From positions 46,686,001 through 46,750,000 of the forward strand of contig OX597816.1 in NCBI GenBank assembly GCA_951406725.2: a stretch of 64,000 nt of DNA, in the 5' to 3' direction. Shown here piece by piece: positions 1 to 13,469 of the stretch (position 1 is the stretch's first letter; each line of letters opens with the position of its first letter). The notes beneath the pieces are model-generated. The model saw only the letters and a program-made list of their open reading frames with translations, was not told the origin of the DNA and searched no databases. The DNA is from Octopus vulgaris. Taxonomy: Eukaryota. A program made the position numbers and the translations under genes.

Positions 1-2013
1 TATGTATATGTGTGTATATATATATATATGTATGTATATATGTGTATATATATATGTGTATGTATATGTGTGTATATATGTATGTATATGTGTGTATATA
101 TATATGTATGTATATATGTGTATATATATATATATGTATGTATATGTGTGTATATATATATATATATGTATGTATATGTGTGTATATATATATATATGTA
201 TGTATATGTGTGTATATATATATATATATGTATGTATATGTGTGTATATATATATATATGTATGTATATGTGTGTATATATATATATATGTATGTATGTA
301 TATATGTGTATATATATATGTATGTATGTATGTATATATGTGTATGTATATATATGTATGTATGTATATATGTGTATATATATGTATGTATGTATATATG
401 TGTATATATATGTGTGTATGTGTATGTATATATGTGTATATGTGTATATATATGTGTATGTATGTATATATGTGTATATATATGTGTATGTATGTATATA
501 TGTGTATATATATGTGTATGTATGTATATATGTGTATATATATGTGTATGTATGTATATATGTGTATATATATGTGTATGTATGTATATATGTGTATATA
601 TATGTGTATGTATGTATATATGTGTATGTATATATGTATGTATGTATATATATATATGTATGTATGTGTATATATATATATGTATGTATGTATATATGTG
701 TATATATATATGTATGTATGTATATATGTGTATATATATATGTATGTATGTATATATGTGTATATATATGTATGTATGTATATATGTGTATGTATATATG
801 TATGTATGTATATATGTGTATGTATATATGTATGTATGTATATATGTGTATGTATATATGTATGTATGTATATATGTGTATATATATATGTATGTATATA
901 TGTGTATATATATATGTATGTATATATGTGTATATATATATGTATGTATGTATATATGTGTATATATATATATGTATGTATGTATATATGTGTATATATA
1001 TATATGTATGTATGTATATATGTGTATATATATATGTATGTATGTATATATGTGTATATATATATGTATGTATGTATATATGTGTATATATATATGTATG
1101 TATGTATATATGTGTATATATATATGTATGTATGTATATATGTGTATATATATATGTATGTATGTATATATGTGTATATATATATGTATGTATGTATATA
1201 TGTGTATATATATATGTATGTATGTATATATGTGTATATATATATGTATGTATGTGTATATATATATGTATGTATGTATGTTATATATATATGTATGTAT
1301 GTATATATGTGTATATATGTATGTATATAATGTATGTGTATATATATGTATGTATATATGTGTATGTGTATATATATATATGTATGTATATAATGTGTGT
1401 ATATATATATGTATGTATATAATGTATGTATATATATATGTATGTATATAATGTATGTGTATATATATATGTATGTATATAATGTATGTGTATATATATA
1501 TGTATGTATATAATGTATGTGTATATATATATGTATGTGTATATATATATGTGTATATATATATGTATGTATATAATGTATGTGTATATATATATGTATG
1601 TATATAATGTATGTGTATATATATATGTATGTATATAATGTATGTGTATATATATATGTATGTATATAATGTATGTGTATATATATATGTATGTATATAA
1701 TGTATGTGTATATATATATGTATGTATATAATGTATGTGTATATATATGTATGTATATAATGTATGTGTATATATATATGTATGTATATAATGTATGTGT
1801 ATATATATATGTATGTATATAATGTATGTGTATATATATATGTATGTATATAATGTGTATATATATATGTATGTATATAATGTATGTGTATATATATATG
1901 TATGTATATAATGTATGTGTATATATATATGTATGTATATAATGTATGTGTATATATATATGTATGTATATAATGTATGTGTATATATATATGTATGTAT
2001 GTATGTGTATATA
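1..2013. repeat. Compound (TA/TG)n microsatellite/minisatellite block with ~30-31 bp higher-order units
   Basis: Sequence contains only T, A and G. Runs of exact 30-mers (e.g. tgtgtatatatatgtgtatgtatgtatata, ~430-620) and later ~31-mers containing 'ataatg' (~1320-2000). Confidence 0.97.
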
Positions 2014-2986
2014 TAAAAAAATTAAATTGATAGGGATATTTTTGTTATTGTTGTCTGCTCAATTATGTAATTAATTTATTGTAATAATTAGATTTATTTA
2101 ATGCGATAATTATTTTTGCTCTTAAATCTGTTTAAATAGTAACATAAAAGAAAAAGTAAAGCCTTTTTAAATCAGCTTTAAAATGAAGTAGTGAGTGACA
2201 TCATATTTATTGTACTAGGATTTGCTTCCTTCCTCAGAGGCAACTTTCAAATAATGAGGTAATATTTAAATCAGTATTAAACTAAAATGTTACATTTTAA
2301 AATTTTAATCCTTGATGATGTCATTTTCTATTTGTTGCTAAAGTTTACGATTAAATCCCCTTTAATATACCTCTCTTCCTAAAGGTAAGTTGTTCAACAG
2401 TCAATGAAGTTTTTTAAAACAACTTTGAAGCTGTTGAAAATATAACGATGACCATCTTACATTTGATGACAATCATTTTACATTCTTTGTTTGCTTTTCC
2501 TGGAATATTTTCGGGTGACAATATGCAGCTGTGTGACAGGTTTTGAAAGAGGTTTGGTGGTTTTGTGGCAGAATTAGACCATTTCTTAATCTCTCTTTCT
2601 ATGGCTAGATTAGTTTAATTGCTAATATTTTAACCGTATAAAAGTTTGGAGACTTAATAGATACTTCCGTATTTTTTTTAAACCTAAAATCAATTTTCAT
2701 CTCAATGCTAATTTTTTTGTCTGGACTGGGGAATATACAAGTAATTAATAAATAATCAGTAATGCATATTCTGATATTATAAATGGTCTTTTTAGAGTCA
2801 ATATACATCTATACATTCTTGTATCTAATTGCATATGCATTTCCACATATATGTGTGATCACAGGTATATTTCTTTCTCTATGTATTTGTATGTGTGTTG
2901 TATTTATGGATTGTATGCCTTTTGCATGTTTTCCTGATTCCTAAATGTATGCAGACATGAACAATCAATATAGCGTGTGCGTGTGT

Positions 2987-3218
2987 ATTTCTTTATTGCC
3001 CACAAGGGGCTAAACATAGAGGGGACAAACAAAGACAGACAAAGGGATTAAGTCGATTACATCGACTCCAGTGCATAACTGGTACTTTATTTATCGACCC
3101 CGATAGGATGAAAGGCAAAGTCGACCTCGGCGGAATTTGAACTCAGAACCTGGTGGCAGACAAAATACTGCTAAGCATTTCGGCCGGCGTGCTAACGATT
3201 CTGCCAGCTCGCTGCCTT
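2987..3218 (-). mobile_element. SINE family B (tRNA-derived)
   Basis: Reverse complement of aaggcggcgagctggcagaatcgttagc...gtcgactttgcctttcatcctttcggggtcgataaa...aataaagaaata, shared with copies at 8.7, 13.2 and 38.7 kb. Confidence 0.9.
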
Positions 3219-4922
3219 TAACAAGTTCCCAAATATGTATGTATGTATGTATGTATGTGTGTGTGTGTACACATACACAAGATTGTGTCTTCATATCAGT
3301 TATATACATATAGACAGACACGTGCAGGTAGTGCCATATAGTTTGTTTACATAGGAAACTAAATTAATTTTTGTCATTAAAATGATCAAACTCACTCTAA
3401 TTATCATCACCCTTTTACATCTGTTTTCCTATGTTGACACGGTGGGTTTGAGGGTCTTGTTTTACCTAAGCATCTTGTCACTTCTGGCAGTCCTCTGTAA
3501 TCTGCTGCACACATCAGAGAGAAGTGCCAATTTTTGTTATGTATGATATGGATGCCTGGCAGGGTTTTTGAATATCTATCCTTTGATGTCCCATCTGTAC
3601 TTCAATGTACTTCATAGAAAAGATAAAGGATGTGTGAATGGAGAACAAAATGTAAAAAAAAATTGATATTTTCGGTGGGGTGTTCTTTTGTTTGAGAATT
3701 GTATTTTCGTTTCCCCGTTATGTGTGAGACTTTGAAGACAACTCTTCCAAAACATAATCAGATGCCTTCTGTGTTGCCACTGTCCACACTTGGAGGTTGT
3801 CTGCCCTGTGTTAGTTTTTATTCAGTTACTAACCCTACCCACACTGCCTTCCCTACTTATACAGTCCTTATCACCTCTGCATCTTTGTGAGGTTTTTAAT
3901 GGTGTCACAAACAACTTTACAGTGGTTAGCAATAGGAAGTATACTCTAAAAAACAAAAAATCAGATTGTTTATATACCATTGTCCGAGCTTAATTCATAT
4001 GTTCCATGTTAACTAGTAACGAGAAGTGGAAGTGGGGCACCACTCAGTCGCTCAACCTGCTAGGAATAGCAGTCAGATCATCCTCAAATCAAACTTTACT
4101 GTCTGATGAAGGGAAGAACATAATGGATAATGTTGTCCTTGGGTCACACTGTTCTGTACAAAGATGGAATTGTCACACCTTGAATGCCTTCAATCAGTTA
4201 TGCTAAATCAGGGTGGCTTGTAGTTAAAGAACAATATCAACTACATTTTCCTTATGCACTAATTGCCTTATCCACTTAAACCACCAGATCATTATTTATT
4301 CTGGATATGTAGTAGTAGTTGTTGTGTATGTATGTCTGTGTGTGTGTGTGTGAGAGGGAGAGAGATTCACACATATGCACAAGTGGGTCTTATTGAGGTT
4401 GTGGTTCTGACTACAACGAAGCTGAATAAAAGCCAGCAAGGTCATGATCATAATTATTCAGTTGTCAAAATGACATGTTCTCCAGGGTGGGGGTAACCTC
4501 AAAATTGTTTTAGAGGAAAGCTAAAAATAGTTCTTTTTTCGTTTTTTTAGTAATTACTTGTGAGTGAAATTTGATAGTTTTGGAAAGTGTGGAAGTCCTT
4601 CATGCCTGTTTATATGGGGTGTGTGTATGTAGGGAGGTAGGTAGGTAGATAAATAGTTAGATAGTTGTGTATGCACTTATGCTTACACTGCATATAAAAA
4701 AATTATACTGTTTTATGTTGTACCCTTTTGTGTTCTATAACTTAACAGTTCATGAAAGAGGTTACAGATTGAATTAGGTACTGGAGTTGATATAGTCAAC
4801 AAAACATCCCTGAAGGGCCAGCATATCCACAGTCCAATCACTGAAACCATTAAATGCATAAAACTGTGTAAAGGTTCCAGGCTTGCTATAGTGTCTGTGT
4901 GAAGGTTTTAAGCACTATAAAC

Positions 4923-5663
4923 CAGGGGTTCTCTACCATTTTCTATCTATGGACACCCCTTTGATTACTATTTATTCTGGTGGAACCACCACCACCATCC
5001 CCAGTAGACATTTGATTTTTAAAAATTTGTCTTATAGAAACTTCCTTCAATACTCTTGATTTGTTTTTCACAATGACGAAAGACTGAGATCTCTGGAGAT
5101 ATGCTGTGACTGCGAAAACCAGACAAATAACGTGAGTTCATGCCTGTTTCCTGCACCAGCTTCACATAGCAGCCCCAGCCCATCCAAAGTACCTTGGATC
5201 GCAAGTCGGCCTGCTGTGCTTACCTTGGATCGTAGGGCGACCTGCTGTGCTTGAGGAGACCTATTGAGTCAAGTACATCAACATCAAAATAAATATCAAA
5301 TGGAAACTGTAGTTGTGATACCCGTGCCAGTGGCACGTAAAAAGCACCAACCAATCGTGACCGTTGCCAGCCTCCCCTGGCACCTGTGCTGGTGGCATGT
5401 AAAAAGCACCCACTACACTCACAGAGTGGTTGGCATTAGGAAGGGCATCCAGTGGTAGAAACTTGTGTAGGTTGAAGTATGTAAACTGTTTGAAAAAGAA
5501 ACCCAGTTGTTTCTTGCAATATACATACATCTACAGGAACACTTTTTCTTGAGCTCTTAAGATATTATTGTGGATCCCCTATTTACTATTTTCTTACGTG
5601 GACACCTCTCCCAATCTTATATGGACCTTGAGGGGCCATATGGTACCAGGTTGAGAGCCACTG
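4923..5663. mobile_element. hAT-type MITE carrying a nested family C insertion
   Basis: Termini CAGGGGTTCTC...GAGAGCCACTG flanked by a near-perfect 8-bp TSD: ctataaac (4915-4922) / ctttaaac (5664-5671). Confidence 0.7.
5085..5462 (+). mobile_element. Family C non-autonomous retroelement (RTE-like), partial
   Basis: Reverse-complement match to 40425-40833. Contains gagtggttggcattaggaagggcatccag. Confidence 0.8.
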
Positions 5664-6316
5664 CTTTAAACTAGTACTGTACTTTAACAGTTATTCAACT
5701 TCCTTAGGCCAGATATGGAGCCTCTGTGATCCTCAAATTGTTCTTTATTTATATGTGTGTTTCTGTGTGAATGTTTATACCTGTGCTTTGTGTGAAAAAG
5801 TGCTCACTTACATGCAGTATAGTTTGCTGATATTACCTTGTCAGTAAATCATCCAGTCATTAGCTCTGCACTTTCAAAGACAAGTGGAATGGAAATTACT
5901 TTACTTGGAAAACAGCTATGGGTTAATGACAGGAAAGGTGTCTGGTGGTGTAACAGTGTCTCAATAATGTGTATTCGTCTAACCCATGGTAGCATGGAAA
6001 AGCAGGCATAACAAGAAGGAATAAAAATGTCTTAAAGGATTTGTTAGGATAATATTGTCCTAAATAGAGGGAGTAGTCATGGCGACCTTGGTCATAGATC
6101 TACTTGATCAGAGCTGAATCGAGGCCATACAGTAACAAACGATATATCTTGTTACTTACAGGTATGGACAATTCATCTTCACAATACCACTTCATCACAT
6201 ACATCTTAGTAGTTTGAGCTACCAGAATTAGACTATAAGCAACTCCTCGGTCATTTGGCCAATGTCTTAATGACTTTGTACATAGTAAAAACCTAATACA
6301 TTTTGATTGCTCGGTA

Positions 6317-6553
6317 GGTGTAGGAGTGGCTGTGTGGTAAGTAGCTTGCTTACGCACCACATGGTTCTGGGTTCAGTCCCACTGCGTGGCACCTTGGGCA
6401 AGTGTCTTCTACTATAGCCATGGGCTGACCAAACCCTTGTGAGTGGATTTGGTAGACAGAAACTGAAAGAAGCCTGTCCTGGGGTCAATTTGCTTGACTA
6501 AATTTGGTGCTCCAGCATGACCACAGTCAAATGACTGAAACAAGTAAAAGAGA
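6317..6553 (+). mobile_element. SINE family A, internally deleted copy
   Basis: Head (A box TGGCTGTGTGG, B box GGTTCAGTCCC) joined directly to the 3' tail at gaagcctgtcctggggtc. Confidence 0.85.
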
Positions 6554-6904
6554 TGAAGAGGTTTTTTTTTTTTTTTGTACTGCTGAAAAATCTTTTTAGT
6601 ACTAACCACTTACCTTGAAAATTATAATAGTACTTATTCCAAGCTAAATAAATTGGAGTATATATCATCATCGCCATTATTCTAACATATACTTTTCCAT
6701 GTTTACATGGGTTAAACAGAATTCATTGAGGTTGATTTTCTACTGCTGGATGCACTTTTTGTTGCTCACCCTCACCTGTTTCTAATAAGCCAGGTAATAT
6801 TTCCTCATAGTCATGTTTGTCACAGAATATCAGAAATGAACGACACTGCTTGTATGACAGCAACATTCATTTACAACTATTACTTGATGTCAAAACAAGA
6901 ATAC

Positions 6905-7085
6905 ACAAGCACACATACACATACATCCAATGAGCTTCTTTCAGTTTCCCTCTACCACATCCTCTCAGAAGGCTTTGGTCTGCCTGAGATTATAGCAGAA
7001 GACTCTCGCCCAAGGTGCCAAGCAATGGGACTGAACCTGAAACTATGTGGTTTGGAAACAAACTACGTAACCACACAACCATGCT
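6905..7085 (-). mobile_element. SINE family A 5' half, diverged
   Basis: Reverse-complement similarity to the family A head. Confidence 0.7.
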
Positions 7086-7096
7086 ATATAGATTAA

Positions 7097-7388
7097 TAAG
7101 CACCATCCATTCGTGTCCGTTGCCAGCCTCGCCTGGCCCCCGTGCCGGTGGCACATAAAAGCACCATCCGTTCGTGGCCGTTTGCCAGCTCTGTCTGGCA
7201 CCTGTGCGGGTGGCACGTAAAAAGCACCCACTACACTCACGGAGTGGTTGGCATTAGGAAGGGCATCCAGCCGTAGAAACACTGCCAGATCTGACTGGGC
7301 CTGATGAAGCCTTCCGGCTTCACAGACCCCAGTTGAACCGTCCAACCCATGCTAGCATGGAAAACGGACGCTAAACGATGATGATGAT
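7097..7388 (+). mobile_element. Family C element 3' part with (GAT)n tail
   Basis: ...aacccatgctagcatggaaaacggacgctaaacgatgatgatg, near-identical to 33311-33598. Confidence 0.88.
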
Positions 7389-8043
7389 ACCAGCGCTATG
7401 ATGCAATATATATAACTAAAACCCGAACCTGTCTGCTATGAACCCTTCCTCTTTTTTTCATTTTTCCATTAATTACTCTAATTTCTGTTATACGCAATGA
7501 ACTCCTGGCAGGAATTTGTATTAAATTTACCTAATCATTTGGTCGAATATTTATTTGTAAATGAACTTACCTAATGCAGTTTGCTTAAGATTCCTTTCTC
7601 CATTTGCATTTTCTGTGTGACTTGGGATTACTTCAAGTAATGGACCTTCATCAATAGCCAGTTATGAAAATCTTTCTAATCATTGCCATTGTGGAAAAAG
7701 AAGTTACATCTAATTAACCCTAACCCCCTCTCACTCCCTGTGTGTCTTTTTCTCTCTCTATGTTTCCCACTCTCATGTGTACATGCACACACACACACAT
7801 ACATCCTCATGAATATGTATACAAATTTGTGTGTTCTTTTATTCATCTCACACAATAGTGTAAAAGCCAATCACTTATTTAAGTAGCTATTTATTTCAAT
7901 GATCATGATTGATTTATCAGTGAATTATCAACACCACTAACTTAGGAGAATTAGCAAATGGAAGTTGTGACTTTCATCCTTTCCAAAGGACATTGGGTAA
8001 CTTAATGAAATAGAACTACATGGCATGTGTGTGTGTGTGTGTG

Positions 8044-8094
<51 letters not shown>

Positions 8095-8657
8095 TTTGCA
8101 TACCTTTCCTGATATTTGTCGATGTTGGCAAGCTCTAGTTTCTTTTGAATTTACTATTTCACTTGTGTGTGTATGTGTTGTAGATACAGTATGGCTAACT
8201 GGTTAAGCTGTTCACTTCTCAATTTCAGGGTCAAGGGTTCAATCCTACTACATGCATCTCAAATGAGTATCTTATACTATAATCTTGGGCTGACCTATTC
8301 CTTATGAGTAAAATTGAAAAGACAAAAATTGTAAGGAAACTTGTTGGATGAATTATACCCATAATTCAAAACTCCAGCCTTGTTACTCTGCTTCTGTCCA
8401 ATAATTTACATTAAGGATACATGTCTGTAGAATATTATCATTCAGTCACATTCATGATAATTTAGCAAACTCGAGAATTCAATTGACAGAACGGCTGTAA
8501 AATCACGGTTGGAATTTCTGACCAAGATCCATTTTGTTTGTGTGTATGTGTGAGAGAGAGGAAGAATGTAGAATTTGCTTCATAACTATATAGTTTTAGG
8601 TTCTATCCTCCTCCATGCTACCTTGGGTAAATGTCTTCTATTATTGGTGCAAGTCAA

Positions 8658-9042
8658 AGGCGGCAAGTTGGCAGAATCGTTAGCACGCCAGGCGAAATGC
8701 TTAGCAGTATTTCGTCTGCCACTACATTCTGAGCTCAAATTCCGCCGAGGTCGACTTTGCCTTTCATCCTTTCAGGGTCGATTAAATAAGTACCAGTTAT
8801 GCACTGGGGTCGATGTAATCAACTTAATTCGTTTGTCTGTCCTTGTTTGTCCCTTCTGTGTTTAGCACCTTGTGGATAGTAAAGAAATAGGTATTTCGTC
8901 TGCCGTTACGTTCTGAGCTCAAATTCCACCAAGCTCAACTTTGCCTTTCATCTTTCAGGGTCAATTAAATAAGTACCAGTTACGCTCTGGGGTCGACTTA
9001 ACCCTGTCCCCTAATCTGCCCTGGTGGCAAAAATTTGAAATC
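8658..9042 (+). mobile_element. SINE family B dimeric copy inserted in an old family A SINE, 18-bp TSD
   Basis: Perfect TSD attattggtgcaagtcaa at 8640-8657 and 9043-9060. Internal restart of the body at 8891. Confidence 0.92.
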
Positions 9043-10720
9043 ATTATTGGTGCAAGTCAACTGATAACCCTGTGAGTAAAATTGATAAACAGAAACTATA
9101 TGGAAGTTTATGCATGCATACATACATGCATTTATTCATTTTGCTTAGGTATTGCAATACTAATAGCCTGGTGTTAGAACTCAGTATATAGTTGTGCCCA
9201 AAAGTTTGGAACATAGTTCTGAAAATTAGAATTTTTATATTAAATGCCCAAATATATACACATATTTGAATCAAATTGTACTTGGGCATAACAATTTTAA
9301 TTTTGAAAAAAAAAAAAATGTTTGAAACTTTTGGCACAACTGTATAAGGATCTGAATGAAGCATTAGTTGAGTACAGAGCAGTAATAAGAAAATGAGATG
9401 ACAAAGGAATAAATGATTACATTATGAACTTAAACATGAAAAAGTAAATGGAAGCAGATTTTAATTAATATCAGGACTTCAGAATTAGTTATAGTTACAT
9501 AACATCTTCACCCATATCCACTTAACATGGATCTCCTTTTGTTGCACATACTTTGTTCTTCCCCAGACCTCTCAGTAAGCATTATATCCATTCCTTTCTC
9601 TACAAAACTTGGTCCCTCTAAAAATTCCCTTTCCTATTTCCTCCCTCTTTTTTTAAAGGTGGGTGGGTTTGAAAATGTTCAAACCAAACATAATGATCCC
9701 ACCTGTCTTATAAGGCCTGCTAAAGTCATGAGCACTGATCCTTCCTGCTAACTAAAAACACAAAATCTAAATCTCTGTGGGTGTTTACCAAAAATGGCCC
9801 TGCTTGTTATCCACTTTAATTTAAAATTTTAAAGAGAGGAAGTTTATATAATCATGGATTTCTTCCTTACTCAAACAGAAAATCTCAAGTTCACAAGTAG
9901 GTTAGTAAAAAAATTAGTACATAATGCTAATAAATTTATCACTATCCTGATCTACTCACTCCTACACAGATTACACAACATAAGCTTTGTAAGGGTGGTG
10001 GGTCGTGGAATTAAGAGTTTTATTATGGGCTAGATTAACTCCTCTTTAAGGCTCTTCTTTATCTGAATGAAAATTTAATTGAAATAGGTTTCCCTTTATA
10101 AATTGATCTTTATAACTGCTATCATTAGCATCATCATCATCACTCTCTCTCTCCAGTTGCTAACATCCCCTACAAACACCTATTAGTTTAATATACCTTG
10201 CCATCATCACCATCATCCTCTTATTATAATCACTACCATCCTTCCCGTCTCTTTACATAATCATCATTCCACTACCAATATTACTCTCTTTCAGGCACTA
10301 CCATCCCTTACTGCCCCAACTCTTTTCCTCATCATTGCAACTTCTCTCCCCGCTCAAAACAAACTCCACCCTCACTATTACTACCCTTTCCTTGGCCTTT
10401 GTCCTACCACCCCAATCATCATCACTCTATCAATATTTGATTTCTTGCTCCTCTACTACCTTACCTAACTTATTGATCCTGTTCTTGGTGTTCTGCAAAT
10501 ATCCCCTCCTCTTTTTACTGTGATCACTTTTAACCCTTTTTTTTTAATTCTTGTTTTTCATAACTTCCTTTCACTTCACTTCCTATTTTTCTTAACATCT
10601 CTATTTCTCTTCCCAGCCCCTATCTAATATTCAGCTCCTTATTTAAATTTAGCATTTTGAAATCAAATAAGCTGATATTTTTCCCCCCATTATTTTGCTC
10701 CAATGTTTCATTATCTATTG

Positions 10721-10762
<42 letters not shown>

Positions 10763-10915
10763 AGGAGATGGACTATTTTTTCTCAACAATCCATTTTGTT
10801 ATCTTCATTTGAACATTTTAATCTTTTATATTTTACTTTTAAAACTAAAAACTTACTCTGTTACCTCTCAAGCAAACCTATTTCCTTAATTGAAATTAAT
10901 TAATCTGTGCATATA

Positions 10916-11311
10916 GGCGCAGAAGTGGCTGTGTGGTAAGTAGCTTACTTGCCAACCACATGGTTCCGGGTTCAGTCCCATTGCGTTGCACCTTGGGCAA
11001 GTGTCATCTACTATAACCTTGGGCCAACCAAAGCCTTGTGAGTGGATTTGGTAGACGGAAACTAAAAGAAGCCCATCATATATATGAATATGTATGTGTG
11101 TGTATATGTTTGTGTGTCTGCGTTTGTCCCCCAACATCACTTGACAACCGATGCTGGTGCATTTACATCCCCGTCACTTAGCGGTTTGGCAGAAGAGACC
11201 GATAGAATAAGTACTAGGCTTACAAAGAATAAGTCCCGGGGTCGATTTGCTCGACTAAAGGTGGTGCTCCAGCATGGCCGCAGTAAAATGACTGAAACAA
11301 GTAAAAGAGTA
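10916..11311 (+). mobile_element. SINE family A, full length (~400 bp, tRNA head, internal microsatellite, (GTAAAAGA)n tail)
   Basis: Pol III A/B boxes and a CORE-like ccttgggcaagtg segment. At least 8 similar copies in the window. Confidence 0.93.
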
Positions 11312-11589
11312 TATTTATTAGCATAACATATGTATGTACATGTCTCTTGCATATCTGCTGTTGTTTATCACCAAGTCAGACCAAGGTTTTCTATCCATGA
11401 ATTACACCCTTTGTTAGATTGTGCGTATCCATGTTTCTGCATTGGTGAACACCTGTTGTTGAATTGTTGCTCGTATACAATCCCATAGCTTTAAATAGTC
11501 TTTAACACATGTGTATTCGCTTTATTCTCTTTACACCTGCATATATCTACGTTAGTACATTGTGCACACTTGAATTTTGTGTGCTTGCC

Positions 11590-11627
<38 letters not shown>

Positions 11628-11700
11628 GAAAATAAACGACGAAGGCAGGTGGAGTACAAACAAACAAATGTATTAGTATAGCGCTCAGGAATAGAAAAAG

Positions 11701-11738
11701 TCTTTTACGTTTCGAGCCTACGCTCTTCGACAGAAAGA
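11701..11738 (-). ncRNA. Minimal type I hammerhead ribozyme motif, variant core (CUGUCGA)
   Basis: Minus strand reads UCUUU-CUGUCGA-A-GAGC-GUAG-GCUC-GAAAC-GUA-AAAGA: stem I UCUUU/AAAGA, stem II GAGC/GCUC, GUA cleavage triplet. Confidence 0.6.
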
Positions 11739-11974
11739 TACACAGAAAAAACATGTGTATGTATGTATGTTATATATAACACATATCTCTACATAAACAT
11801 GTACATACCTTTACATATACACAAATGTACATACAAACACGTATATATATATATGTATCTATATATATATATATATATATATAAAGGGAAAGTTTACGAA
11901 AATAAACAAAAGACAAAGGCAGGTGGAGTACAAACAAACAAATGTATTAGTATAGCGCTCAGGAATAGAAAAAG

Positions 11975-12012
11975 TCTTTTACGTTTCGAGCCTACACTCT
12001 TCGACAGAAAGA
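11975..12012 (-). ncRNA. Second tandem copy of the minimal hammerhead motif
   Basis: Same as 11701-11738 except stem II GAGU/GCUC, where a U-G wobble preserves pairing. 274 bp from the first copy. Confidence 0.58.
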
Positions 12013-12086
12013 TACACAGAAAAAAAAAACAAGGAGAGAAAAAAATGCATATAGGAGCTAACGATCTATCATGGCGTCCTGACTTC

Positions 12087-12121
<35 letters not shown>

Positions 12122-13232
12122 TATATGATTGTGTGTGTATACAGTTCTGGTGGACTATATGCAGATAGCTATATTTTGTACACCTGTACTCACAGGCTTG
12201 AGTCATACACTATGGATAATAGTACCAGTGCCATTTACTCCCAAAACTTTACAACTGCAGTAATACGAGCTTTAAAATCAGCATGAATGTAATGCGGCAT
12301 CATTAATGGATAAGATTAAGGGGTGGGGAAAGGGAAAATTTGCTGCAAGTTAACGAGCTAATAAAATTTTTCTTTCTTTTCTATATGCTCTTTTTTTGTT
12401 GGTTTTTTTTTTTTTTTTTTTTGCTTTTTTTTTTTTAACCAGGCAAATGATTAATTTCGAGAAAAACAAATTATATAGTTGTTATTTAGGGATCTATCAA
12501 GTGTCAGTTGGGAGACAGCAAATGGGCCAAGTCATTAAAGCACTGGCTGAAACATGTCATGGTATTTGTTCTGGCTCTCTGAAGCCTGAATTCAAATTTC
12601 ACTACAGTCAACTAGCCCAACCTATGCCAAAGTGGTGGAATTGGTGTGGGGAAAATTAAATGTGTAATTAAAAAAAAAAAAAAAAAAAAAAAAGGGATGA
12701 TTTTTGTTCTTTCTCTATAGCTAATTATAGTGTTGTTTAACCCCAAGTCAGCCCTGATAAAGTGCATTTCTCGGCCAATGGACAGTTGCATAGCTACCCT
12801 CTGTATAACAACACAAACATCAGTTTAATTTATACAACATTTAATTTTGTTTTCATTTTCTTTTTTTCTGAATCTGGAGCCTCTTCTTGGGCTCTCTTAG
12901 TTGAGATAGATATCAGTGATGTTCCTTTTTTAAGTCAAAAAGTATGATCAGGGAGAAACTACTAAAGGCATGACCAGGTATGATATTTTAGCAAGAAAGG
13001 ACTAAATATAACAATTAGTACTAAGTAAAATTGCTGTCTTTCACACTTGCAGGCCTGTCCCCTCAGGTCCCACATTAGAAGCACCCATGCCGGTGCTGCA
13101 CAAATGCACCCATTCCAATGGCATGTAAAAAGCATCCAGCATACTTTAAGTGGTTGGCATTAGGAAGGGCATCCGGCCATAGCAACCATGCCACGACAGA
13201 CAATTGGAGTCTGGCCAGCTCCATGTTAAACC

Positions 13233-13469
13233 TATTTCTTTATTACCTACAAGGGGCCAAACATAGAGGGGACAAACAAGGACAGACATAGGGATTAAGT
13301 CGATTATGTCAACCCCAGTGCATAACTGGTACTTAATTTATCGACCCCGAAAGGATGAAAGGCAAAGTCGACCTCGGCGGTATTTGAACTCAGAACGTAA
13401 CGGCAGACGAAATACGGCTACGCATTTTGCCCAGCGTGCTAACATTTCTGCCAGCTCGCTGCCTTAAAA
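13233..13469 (-). mobile_element. SINE family B inserted into a family C element, 12-bp TSD
   Basis: ccatgttaaacc at 13221-13232 and 13470-13481. The host element (~13040-13529) resumes with its (GAT)n tail. Confidence 0.9.

Larger units (their letters stand above)
11626..12088 (-). mobile_element. Tandem pair of short Penelope-like/retrozyme-like repeat units embedded in (TA)n
   Basis: ~125 bp near-identical direct repeat (11626-11750 vs ~11897-12020). Each copy is preceded by (TA)n and carries a hammerhead motif. Confidence 0.6.

Noticed and set aside
2-1451. Three 440-480 aa ORFs (and similar ones at 32047-32791)
   Set aside because: Translations of (TA/TG)n microsatellite containing only M/Y/C/V/I; stop codons are absent for compositional reasons.
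2290-2390. Strong donor AAG|gtaagt at 2385 as an extra exon
   Set aside because: The upstream ATG frames I checked hit stops before the donor and show no similarity to the protein; it cannot be supported as coding.
10916-10990. tRNA genes at SINE heads
   Set aside because: Only A/B-box remnants fused to SINE bodies; no complete cloverleaf.
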